A stretch of 64,000 bases of DNA, taken from assembly GCA_950097015.1 (NCBI GenBank), contig CATNEN010000029.1, positions 5,828,001 to 5,892,000 on the forward strand, in the 5' to 3' direction. Both the position numbers and the translations under genes were made by a program. The notes under the pieces were generated by a model. It was given only the letters and a program-made list of their open reading frames with translations, ran no database searches and had not been told where the DNA came from. This stretch comes from Macrostomum hystrix (lineage: Eukaryota; Animalia; Platyhelminthes). Below are positions 35,074 to 46,517 of this stretch, piece by piece (position 1 is the first letter of the stretch; each line of letters starts with the position of its first letter).

Positions 35074-35358
35074 ATGCCAGCGAACCGTCCAGCTCTCGGA
35101 GCTCTGCTCCTGTGCCTGATGTTCATCGTTGCGTCAGCCTCGCCCGCTACCGACGACACAGCCGCGGCTGGACCGGCAAGTCGCCGGTTGAAGCGGCAGA
35201 CGGATGCGTGGAACGGACACATCATCGAGATTCCCGGACGCAAGCGAGGCGCTCAGTGGCCCGCAGTCAGGAGCGCCGCGTGGCGTCTACGCCGAGCCTG
35301 GCTATCGCATGAACGGCAGCAGGCTGTGGACGCTGTGCTGATGAATGAGGACTGGTGA
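35074..35358 (+). CDS. Single-copy amidated neuropeptide precursor, 94 aa, related to the 28.4-kb gene
   Basis: TATAAAA at 35024-35030. Signal peptide MPANRPALGALLLCLMFIVASA, then RRLKR-QTDAWNGHIIEIP-G-RKR and a C-terminal associated peptide with an RR site. Confidence 0.88.
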   Translation: MPANRPALGALLLCLMFIVASASPATDDTAAAGPASRRLKRQTDAWNGHIIEIPGRKRGAQWPAVRSAAWRLRRAWLSHERQQAVDAVLMNEDW

Positions 35359-35939
35359 TGACAGAACAATGACCCGCGACTCTCACAGCCATTGCGCATC
35401 TGTTCTGGACAAAAAAATCAATTATTGCGAACCTCAGAGGTGAATTTGAACTCAATAAAAACTTGACAGAGAGAAGCAAAGCGAGCAAATATTCAACTTC
35501 GAGTTTCTTTTTTATGTATTTCCACTCGCATTGGTCTGTCTTAAAAAAGATCACAATTTGAATTGAAATTCCCTGATTACAGCCGGAGTCCACGAGCATT
35601 TTTCCAGGGTTCAATCTACCTTGGCTCGTGGCACTGCAGCCATAGCTACTTTTGAGTGAGCATTTTAACAAAAACTGATTATCTTTTCAAACTGTATATT
35701 CCCTCTCAACACAGGGCTTTGGCAGCTAAAACGCAGAGACTGCAGACAATGGGAGCTATTTTAAGCATTTTAAGCATTCGTGCGAGAGGAAGCGCGTTTC
35801 ACTGATGATAGCAGCTGCGGCGGAAAGCAGAGTGTGCCGATATTGTATCGCCCTGTGGGGAGAAATATTTTGAGGGATTTGACGGCCTTTTCCTCTTAAA
35901 ATGATTGTTTGTGCATGGGTGCCAGAATGGAAGAACTGT

Positions 35940-36265
35940 AACGGCCGAGAGCTTCAAGTAAAATATTGATTTTGAATCGGGTTGTCATGATTCAGAAAGT
36001 GTCTATGGCCGAGAGCCTCAAGTTAAATATTGATTTTGAATCGGGTTGTCATGATTCAGAAAGTGTCTATGGCCGAGAGCCTCAAGTTAAAAATTGATTT
36101 TGAATCGGGTTGTCATGATTCAGAAAGTGTCTATGGCCGAGAGCTTCAAGTTAAATATTGATTTTGAATCGGGTTGTCATGATTCAGAAAGTGTCTATGG
36201 TCGAGAGCTTCAAGTTAAATATTGATTTTGAATCGGGTTGTCATGATTCAGAAAGTGTCTATGGA
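35940..36265. repeat. 64-bp tandem repeat x5
   Basis: ATGGCCGAGAGCTTCAAGTTAAATATTGATTTTGAATCGGGTTGTCATGATTCAGAAAGTGTCT at 64-bp period. Confidence 0.95.
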
Positions 36266-37244
36266 CCGAAAGCAAGGAATTCTAGATCCTGCATCTACAT
36301 TGATCTTCACAGATGCTAGATATAGAAGTCCCTGGTTGAAGAAACAATCCGAGAGGTTTTATCGTATAACTTCTGCTTGAACTACGTGAAAAAATTACTC
36401 GAAGTTGAAACTCCTAAAAAAAGGCACCAGTTGGAATTAAGCAGCTGAAATTTACTGTACCCCGTAACACCTGTTAAAGAAAGCAGAAGTACAACTGCTG
36501 GCTGAAATTTACGAGTCACACCTTTGTAAGGACTGTGAGGCATAGCGTAAAAGATTATGATGACACGGAACTGACCAGCAGGGAGTTCCCGGTACTAGAT
36601 TTCAATACCGTGTGCTCATACATCTCCGGTAATTGGGCAAGCCCTCTTCCACCCACGCACTTTTGAGGCGCACAGCTGTCTGAGAACGGCTCTGGTCGAC
36701 ATCGACTCGACATATTAAGCCTCTAAAGCGGAATATCACAGTAGGAATTCACCAAATAAAGTACAGCGATATAAGATAAATTTTTCTAACGAGCTGCAAA
36801 TTTTCATGCAGAAATGATGAATTTTCCATCGTCAATCGAGCTCAGAAAATTGTAAATTTTCTATCCATTTTGGCCTCCAGAAGACGCGAAGCCTGTGAGG
36901 GAAAAGTTGCCAATATCGAGTAAGGGTAATTTGGTTGCCACATCTTAGGACAGTCACTAAATAAAAATCGAGTGGCAAGTCAACCATTCATAGCGATATT
37001 TTGTGAGCGAGCGGAATCTGTGCTACTCTCTCACGATGAAGATTCGGCTTCACAATTTGCATCAAACGCCAGTGGGAGACAATGGGGCCTATTTTAAGCA
37101 CTCATGCGCATATATCACTCGCGGGCGAAATCTGTGGGAGAAATCTAAAGGACCGATTTTGTCGCTATAGAGAGCCAGATCCGAACGCTCTGAAAGCCCT
37201 GTACTGCCGTGTCACAGTGCGTACCTGGATAAAAATGCTTGATC

Positions 37245-37365
37245 CGGGACAGTCTCTTCTGACACCCGACAGTCTCTTCTGACACCCGACAGTCTCTTCT
37301 GACACCAAACAGTCTCTTGTGACACCCGACAGTCCCTTGTGACACCCGAGAGTCTCTTGTGACAC
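37245..37365. repeat. 20-bp tandem repeat x~6 (GACACCCGACAGTCTCTTCT)
   Basis: Direct copies. Confidence 0.9.
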
Positions 37366-38073
37366 CTCTCCCCCAACCTCAACACTCAACTCCAACACAG
37401 TGGCACAGGCCATCTTCTCCGTGTGTTCTGAGGGAGGGGGCACTGGCTGTACATTCTGTACTGTTGGCTGCAACGCTAACAATCCGTCCCTGGACTTTGC
37501 CTCTCAACTTACGGACTAACAAATATGTACTTAAAATATTCATTAAATTAACACCCAAAAAAATTCATATCTATTCACTTCTCTACTCGTTTTCTTCATT
37601 TAAAATAAACCTGATGATGCACACTGTTGTGCGAAACGGGTCGTTCAATTAAATGTTGATTTTCGCTTTTCTATAAATCAAAAAGGTCTTCTTAGTTTTG
37701 TTTTAAATTTATCAAGTGACGTGCGTGAAGCAGGCTGCAAAGATAGCAGCCAAGGTGCTTGGCTGCAAGTCTTGGCCCCAGACTGGAGTGTGCCACCCTG
37801 GTGACCTCCCTGAGTCCATGCTTTTATCTATTGCTCTACCATGGCAGCGTTCTTTTAGCTGTCCTACTGGCCCTGTGAGACTGCTCTTAGTGCCGATACA
37901 GATAGGGTAGCTCTGGGCACCACCCAGTTTGGCCGCCCAAAAAGCAGCGTTAGCAGGCGCCACAGGAGTACCAAAACCAGGCCAGCAAAAACTGTTTAAC
38001 TAGTTTTGCCTGACTTCATACTTTGTAAGCGGCTTTGATACGGACTGAATCGACGAGCTGTTTAACGACGAGC

Positions 38074-41000
38074 ATGCGACCGAAGCCCCTACCGCTGCTG
38101 CTGCTGCTACTACTGGCAGCTGCACTTTGCAGTGCGCAATTCGGCATCGAAGACGCGCCGGTGAGCAATGAGGACTTTCCATTCCCGGAGTACGCTCAGC
38201 CTTGGGAGATTGGGTGAGCACAACTCGGTGACTCGATGCTGTCCTGTAAGATTGCGGCTCTTGAGCTTATAAGCGTTGGTAGCCACAAACTAATAAACCT
38301 TGGAAAGGACACGAACCAATGAACCTTGGGAAGGACACGAACCAATGTACCTTGGGAAGGACACGAACCAATGAACCTTGGGAAGGACACGAACCAATGT
38401 ACCTTGGGAAGGACACGAACCATTGTACCTTGGGAAGGACACGAACCAATGTACCTTGGGAAGGACACGAACCAATGAACCTTGGGAAGGACACGAACCA
38501 ATGTACCTTGGGAAGGACACGAACCATTGTACCTTGGGAAGGACACGAACCATTGTAACTTGGGAAGGACACGAACCAATGTACCTTGGGAAGGACACGA
38601 ACCAATGTAACTTGGGAAGGACACGAACCAATGTACCTTGGGAAGGACACGAACCAATGTACCTTGGGAAGGACACGAACCAATGTACCTTGGGAAGGAC
38701 ACGAACCAATGTACCTTGGGAAGGACACGAACCAATGTACCTTGGGAAGGACACGAACCAATGTACCTTGGGAAGGACACGAACCAATGAACCTTGGGAA
38801 GGACACGAACCAATGTACCTTGGGAAGGACACGAACCAATGTACAGTTGTATAGCTGTGAATTAAGCAGCCCTTAGTAAACAGTCGATTATTCGAAAATA
38901 ACGTTATGAAAAAGAGCCGATTTTGCTGTACTTGACGAACGCAATTTAAGTAGTTCACTTAATACCAAATATACTGATCCAAACCTAGAAAGCAGGTGTG
39001 CTCCTACCTGAGAACCCGGGGCGGCAAGAGGATATATACCACCTGCTTTCCCTACAAGCAGCGCATCTGCGGAGCTGACACGTGAGTACAGTACAGAATG
39101 TGTTGTATGATATGGGAATATATTTTTTAGCACAACTGTTGCATTTCTGCTTTTTACAATTGATCTCTGTGCAGAGAATTCGAATACGACTGCTGTCCCG
39201 GCTACGGTCATGACAAAGGCTTCGAGGGCTACACCATGAGCGAAAAGTGGACTCGCAATGAGAACTGTCTCAAACGGCTGGGAAGGGAGGAACTAAACTC
39301 CAGCAACACCGGCTTCATGCAGCGCATCGGAGCCGATGCAACGATGGCTAGCCGGCTTAGGACCGACCTAGCGAGGTGGTTACAAGGCAGACAATAGCAT
39401 GTAGCTGAGAACTTTTGGTTCAATAAGTTTGTACCTCGTCGGACGAATCATCAGACAGATATAACAGTCTCTTTTTTCCCAGGCACTTTGGGGACTCGTA
39501 CTCACAACATACTTGATGGGAGAATATCCCGTTCACTTGCTCAGATTTTCAGGCCAACTGACTGCATTCCTGCCCTACAATGAGACCTACAAATCCACGC
39601 GTTTCGATGCCTCAGCCGGCGGCTCTGCTGCCTACGTGGCTCAGGGCAGCCACTTCGTGCGACACCTGCTGGACGGATTGTCTGTGCCCACAGCCGAGGC
39701 TGGTGGCAGTATCAAGATTTCCAGATACTCCAATGGGGTGAGTATAGCATCGCACGGAAACCAAATTGTCACTGATAATAATATCATTTTATCGCAGGAG
39801 CGCGATGGGCAATCATATGGTGACACTAGACCCGCAGCCAGCGAGGAGGCAATTCTGCCCATTCCGCTGACTCCTGAGCACACACGCCCACAGATATCGA
39901 ACGCAGGCCCACGCTCAATAGGTGTGTACATCTGCCCTGACTTTCTCATCATCAGGCTCTCACTGTGCCTTGGGGGTTGGCCCTCAAAGGTGTAAATTGC
40001 ACGACAAGCCCTAAGTCTTCTCCGCTGCTGCGCCCCAAATGCTGCTGGCCCTCGTCGCGAAATCGAGCTCAGTGACCGTGGTGCGAGAGGCAAACTCACC
40101 CCAATCCCAGTCCTTACGATGGAGAGAAACTGCTAAAAATTGATCCAACAATTGTAGATAATTTGCGCGGAGTGTCGTCGCTTCGTCTCAGCCGATCACA
40201 GTGTTGACGGACGAGCCGTGGTGCACTTTGTTGACGGGGTGAGCCTTGTTTAGGCCATGAATCATGAACCAGCACTTATGCAGCGACCTTGCCTTTGTTG
40301 AATAAATTGTATGTGCGGCTGTTTGCAAACTTGGCGACAAATGCACTTTGCCATCGTCAGTCAGTGTCTTATTATGCCTTGATAGTTGCCTTTCAAAAGC
40401 ACAGCTAGTAAAAAATTAACAAGAACTACTAGTAAAAAGTAAGCAGTCCTTGGTTTTGCACCATTTGTGAGGCCCCGAAACAAACCCTTCTGCAGTTCAT
40501 TTACCCCAGCCGGCAGTCCTTGGCCGAGCTCATCAGAGACCAGTACGGGTACTTCTGGGCGGACATCCCGGATCGTCTGCGAGCCCAACTGGGCGACGCC
40601 AGCTGCGGTCGCTGGTACACCGTGCTGGTGCCCACGGAAAGTGCCTGGTCGGCTGCGAAATCTCGTACAGGCAGCAGCTCCGAGGCCAACGAGAAGCTAA
40701 TCAGAGAGCACATCATGCCGCAACTATTGTGCTCATCTGCCGTGTGCCAGGACTCACAGCGCAGCCAGAATTTGAACGGCGAGAATGTCCTCCTGGCCTG
40801 CGAGGGCGAGGGTCGAGTCTACGCACAGAGCTCGCACGAATTCCTCGCCCAGGTTGAGAAGGCCTACCTGGTGCAGGCCCGGGCTGGCGAGTTCGACCAG
40901 ATGGCCAGCAATGGCGTAGTGTACCAAACAGACAAGGCCCTGCTGCACAGCTCGGGTACGCATCCTGCTAGTTTTCGGCATTCTATTCCATTTTGTAGAC

Positions 41001-44000
41001 GTACTGCTTCGATTGCTCATTGCAGCGGTTTCCATTCGAGACATTCCCTGGCCTGGCTCGGTGCCAGTCGCCTGCATCTCGCTGGACCCGGCTAAAAAGT
41101 ACATCTTCCTGATTCCCAGAGACTCAGCCTGGCAGCGTACGTGATGTCTGTGTCCCTTTGCTTTCATTGTGGCGTAATAATAATAATTTTAGGAGGGCTG
41201 AGGGCACTAAGCACATCATTCGATGACAGCTGACCCGCAGCCCGCGAGAGGCACTGATCCCACGGGTGTGTACGTCTGCCCAAACTTTTTCATCTTCACA
41301 CTTTTGCTGTGCCTTGGCGTAGGCCCTTATAATAATAATAATAATTGCAGGAGGGCTGCGGGCAATGGCACACCATTTATAGTGGCACTAGACCCACAGC
41401 CAGCGAGGAGGCAATTCTGCCCATTTCGCTGACTCCTGAGCACACACGCACACAGATACTGTACGCAGGCACACACTCACGCAGGTATGTACATCTGCCC
41501 TGACTTTCTCATCGTCAGGCAGTGTACACTCTCACTGTGCCTTGGAGGTTGGCCCTCAAGGGCGTAAATTGCACGACAAGCCCCCCAAGCCTTCTTTCCG
41601 CGGCTGCGCCCCAAATAAATGTGGCCTCGCCGTGGAATCGAACTTAGGGTTCGTGGTGCAAGAGGCAAACGCGTTAACCGCTCTGCCACCGACCCCCTGG
41701 CGTAGGCCCTTGGAGTTTGATTGCTCGACAAGCCCCAAGCCTTCTCTCCGGCGCTGCATCTGAAATGATTGCGGCCTCGCCGCAAACTTTAACTCAAGGA
41801 CCTTGCTGTGGGAGACAGACGCGTTAGCCGCTCTAAGTAGTAGGAAAAGGGTCGACTCTGGCGCAGCTCACTGATTGGCTGGCTGGGTGGGGTGGGTCTC
41901 GGGGTTGGGATTAGGGTTATGGTCCATGGAGGGGGTGGGTAGGGTCCATGGAGGGGGTGGGTGGGTCAGTGGCAGGTGATGGTAGTTACCGTCGATGCCT
42001 GGGTGGGTAGAGCCTGTGGCTGGTGGGCATAAGGCTTGGTTGGTATGGAGGATGTCGGGCACTGGCATCAGAGTGGTGGGATCAGGCAGTGACGGAATGT
42101 GGTTGGTGGATTGGTGGCTGTGGAGTCAGAGGATTGGCTCCTCCTAACGCTTCCCACCGCACCCTCCACAGACCCTACCAACCCCGACACCACCCCACCC
42201 AGCCAGCCAATCAGCAAGCTGCGCCAGAGTCAAGCATTTTCCTACTACTGCTCTACCATTATGGCATTTCCGATGAAGAGATAAAAATATTTAGCCATCC
42301 AATCCACCCAAATCCACCAAGGCTTCAATACGCAGGACTCGTTCATCAATCCGGAGGAGTCGATGAAAAAGTTCAGAGACTGGCACGCGGCACAGGAAGA
42401 GTACCGCTGCCTTGTGCGCCAGTATCACGTGCTGGAGGCCGACCCGGACCAGACCTCGCTGGACCAGCTCTGGTCGCAGTTCAACCCCGCAAGTTGGCCC
42501 GTCGGCCGCCAGCCCGGCTCATTTCGCACCTTGGCCAGGTGGTCAGCTGGCACAACCCCTAACGCGACTAGGCGAAACAGCTACGGCAACCTGCAGAACC
42601 TGCTGCACTTCCAGAAGTCGGACAATGGGCCGCGGGTCAGTATTCTGCTGCTTTTGACGATGATTCTAACAAAAATCCACCATTGCGTGCAGTATTACTG
42701 ATCAGTCAGCCGCTCACTTGCTCTCGCAGCTGCACTACCAGTTCGCTCCGGTGCGAAACGCCAAAGGCTTCGCGCTGAAGGAGGGCCACGGCTACATGGT
42801 TGACTGGGTGAACATACCGCCGCACGAGAGTTCCAACGATTTCTTCCAGCGCCGAACTGACCTCAAGCAGCACCTGAAACTCGTTGTCCAGGAGAAGGAA
42901 AACGCTGAGGGCCAGATGGGACTGTACGAAAGCAAAAGCGCGGTGCAGCTCATCATCGTCTCCAAGGACGCCTGGTACGACAGGAAAATTAGCTCGACGA
43001 TTAAAAACATAAATACGGCCAGCGATTTGCTAAAAAATACCTGGAATTTAACTGACGTAAGTCAAGGTCTACTCAAGGATCAGGGCGAGCATTGGGATCT
43101 GAAGGATCTAAGTAAAAGTAGATGGTACAAGTCCCAGTAATCATGCAACTACAAGACAATTCCCAATGTTCCAGCACCTGCTGCTGAACTGGGGCAATCT
43201 GCAGTTCTGGCTTGGAGACCTGGGCTTCCTGGCCAAGGGTGAGAAAGTGTTCGTCCAGAGCGGCCACCCGGACGTGCTGATTGGAGTGTACAGGCACGTG
43301 CAAACAGGAAAATTCTACGTGTGGAATGAGATGAAAGCGGCCGAGCCGGAGGACCTGCGGTCGGTGCAGACTCGCTGGGTAATTAGTTCTCCTGTGATAT
43401 TCTCGAGCCACGGCTTGTAGCGTAAATCACAACAAGTGACAGGGGACTGTGACACACGCACATGGGTACTCCTACTCACATTGTTCTGGCAAACGCTAGT
43501 GCATCTGGTACGTTCTGATGCAAAATTTAGTACACTTCACTTCTTGCACATCTGGTCTTTCGCCGCTATTCAATATCACAGCCTGTCGAACAAATTGGAA
43601 GCAGTTAGTACTTTTAGTAGTGTTGCCTATTCCCAAAGATTTTTTTTGTAAAACTGAAGACTGTTGGTCAGTAGACTGTTGGACATTGGGGGCAAATAAA
43701 AGTTAGAAGCCAGCTCAACCAAACCGCCATCCGCAGAAAGAAATCGTTGAGTATAACCACTTCAAGACTGACGCGGTGATTTGGGTAGTGAGCAGTCCGT
43801 TCGAGTGCAACCTCCGCCTCTGCAAGCTGAACCAGAAGACCGGCAAGGTCAATCTGCCCTGGACTTTCGCGGCCGCCTGCGGTGACTTTGTCACGTTCAA
43901 AGATACCTCCACGCCGCCGTTGAAAGAGATATTCCGTAGGGCCGGCGCGAACATTGGTGCTGAGCAGAACGTGACTGTCTACACCAATGTGAAGTCGGGA

Positions 44001-44096
44001 AAGAACCGAGGCGACAACCAGATGGTGTCCTGCTTCGCCGCCGGCATGGTGTCAACCAAGAACATTGTCTTCGAGGGCCAATTAGACAAGGTCTGA
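38074..44096 (+). CDS. Secreted periostin/TGFBI-like fasciclin (partial EMI plus ~4 FAS1), 10 exons, ~800 aa
   Basis: Exons 38074-38213, 39175-39375, 39545-39737, 40158-40238, 40496-40955, 40999 (or 41026)-41136, 42322-42635, 42730-43056, 43175-43378 and 43737-44096, phase-compatible. Signal peptide; EMI-type YDCCPGY; FAS1 H1 motifs LTAFLPYNE, YTVLVPTESAW and YIFLIPRDSAW; YHVL; H2 motifs VVHFVDG, SNGVVYQTDKAL and TDAVIWVVSSPF. Confidence 0.88.
38295..38842. repeat. 26-bp minisatellite (ACCTTGGGAAGGACACGAACCAATGT), ~21 copies, in fasciclin intron 1
   Basis: Direct copies. Source of the 26-aa periodic ORFs 38196..38958. Confidence 0.97.
39820..40095 (-). mobile_element. SINE family B copy (5'-degraded)
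   Basis: GGTGACACTAGACCCGCAGCCAGCGAGGAGGCAATTCTGCCC..ATCTGCCCTGACTTTCTCATC matches the reverse complement of 13640-13740. Confidence 0.8.
41327..41698 (-). mobile_element. SINE family B, full-length with (ATT)n tail; partial copies adjacent at ~41225-41310 and ~41725-41835
   Basis: Highly similar to the reverse complement of 13468-13790; the (AAT)n run at 41327-41345 marks the 3' end. Confidence 0.85.
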
Positions 44097-45317
44097 AAAT
44101 ACACCGGCCTTGCGATAAAAGACGTAAAGCAACAATCAAGACAGACTTACCAAATTATCGACAGCGAGGACCTGTAGCCTTTCATTTGAATTTATCCTTT
44201 AAACAATCGATTAAACAGACCATTGAGCTAGCGGCAGAATCAAATGAAAGTTTTGATCATAAATAGACAGGCGAGAACCAATTTATTACTCTTAGGTCAT
44301 TCTACCATCAATTGTAACGAGTTACTGTTTGTGTAGGCTTGTATACTTGTCTGCCATATTTACGAACTAGGTTTAACCGAACTGTATGCATGCATAAGGC
44401 CCAATATGCTCAGAATCGTCACCTAGCCCACCAGCCTACTCGACAAGCAAATGACGAAGAAGCAGGAAAGCATCTTCTAGTTTTCTTATTTAGCTTGCTC
44501 GGGCCACGGAGAGCGCAACACAGCTGGGGACATAGGCTGGTATCGGCGGGTCGGTGCTATCGAGCAGAAAAGCATCATGTCTTTCGCATCGACCATCTAC
44601 CACGCCGAGCGCTGCGCAGAGATAATTTTGTTATATTTAGTGCATGAATTTCGCATCGGAACTGGTTGCTTGCGGTGCGTTTTTCGCAGAAAAAAAAGAC
44701 TTTTTAAGGAACAAAGCTAGGTAGGTGATCTTGCTCACCAGAGGGCTGTAGAACGAGACAGACAGCAACACAACATGAAAAGAGAGAGAAAACATGGGAA
44801 GTGTCAGCTCCAGCATTTAGGAGGGCCAATCGTTTCTGTTCAAGAAAAAAGAACCCGCGCACAAAACATCGGCAGGAAAAACGCAAGTGTTTTTTTGGGA
44901 AAACAAACAAACAAACAACTGCGGGACTATCATCTTATTGCGAGTCCCAACCGCCTATGGATCTTAACTGGCCATTGGGCTGCTGTCTACTGGCCTCTGT
45001 CCGCCGTTCAATGGCGACGGTGTTGCTGAGGGACGCGGAGGGAAATTTATGTAGAAAAAAGCACAATCAATAAATCAAATGAAACAAAGAAAAAAGCATA
45101 GGACACAACAAAAGCAGGAGAAAGCAAGCAATTAAAAAAACACAGACAGAGGACACACAGAAAGAAGCAGCGAATTAAAACTGAATAAATCAAGTGCGCA
45201 GATGTACTTTAATGTCGGGAAAAAGCGAGCCCTAGGGACTTCCGAAGCTAGCATCCCAAAACTAGGCGTGAAGTGCCTTTCAGTTTCATTAAATACTACA
45301 TTAAAATAGAATGCCAA

Positions 45318-45540
45318 GGTTTCAGGATCCCTGTGTGCTAGGTCTAGAAGTCCGAATTGGCAATGATTTCAGGATCCCTGTGTGCTAGGTCTAGAAGTCC
45401 GAATTGGCAATGATTTCAGGATCCCTGTGTGCTAGGTCTAGAAGCCCGAATTGGCAATGGTTTCAGGATCCCTGTGTGCTAGGTCTAGAAGTCCGAATTG
45501 GCAATGATTTCAGGATCCCTGTGTGCTAGGTCTAGAAGTC
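45318..45540. repeat. 47-bp tandem repeat x~4.7
   Basis: TTTCAGGATCCCTGTGTGCTAGGTCTAGAAGTCCGAATTGGCAATGA at 47-bp period. Confidence 0.95.
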
Positions 45541-46517
45541 CCTCTATTATGGCAACAAGTGAGGTTGAGTGAGATGGCAGACAGACAAAGAAAAGGATAG
45601 AACAAAGACTTGAATCGCTGGAAAATAGACTCTTTAGATTAGCTATTACAAAAACTAGCATCCAAGTTACGAAAGCAACGGCCCGAAAATTAAAGTCTGT
45701 CAGAACAGTCCGTCCAGTTTCTCGTGTCTTCAAATACTGCTCGCAAGGGACACTTGGATCTAATAATAGAAAGAGGCGGGGTGCTACGAATAGAAAAAAG
45801 TCAATTTCAGACAAAAAAAACACAAAAAACAAATGAGAGAGACAGCAAATCATTTCATTAACAGAAAAAGGCAAACACACGGAAAAAGTGGGTCATTGTC
45901 AGATTGGAGAGACAACAAACAGCAATCACAATGCAATGCAATGCGGGCAGCGCACAATTTGAAAAGCTATATTACAACAAGCGGGGATCTAGTGGAAAAA
46001 AACTGAAAAATGTGTGGGACACACGGACACAGAAAGAAAACACGGCCCAGCGAGCGTGCAAAATTATTTTGATTATTTTGCCTACGTCTTACTACTGGCA
46101 GTAGTTAAGTCACGCGCGGGCACACAAAAGAGAATAAAAGAACAAGTCGAGGATTTTGGAGAAAAAATCTGACACAAAAACACGCTGGAAGGATAGTGGG
46201 AGAGAGAGGCGTCAATTCACTTGGAACTGAGAAAACAAAGAAGAATGGAAAATGAGACAGACACAGGCTGAGAGAATTGCCGAACCAATTTTCTAAAACT
46301 AGTTTTCACTTTCAGCTTCACTTTAAGAAAATAAATTTGAAAATAATAAAAAAAACACAATGCAGATCATTGCTTAGATGGATGCGGGATCTGGATTTTG
46401 TGTCCGGGGACAAAACCGACGAAACACTGGCGACACGAGCAAGTGCGGAGTGGGGTGGGTGGCAGTGGGCGGTGGTGAGTGAAGGTCAGTGTCTGCCCTG
46501 CTCAGCCAGATGATACT

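Noticed and set aside
35940-36265. 64-bp repeats with a TGAATC/GATTCA hairpin as a possible CRISPR or ncRNA array
   Set aside because: Whole units repeat with no variable spacer and no recognisable RNA family.
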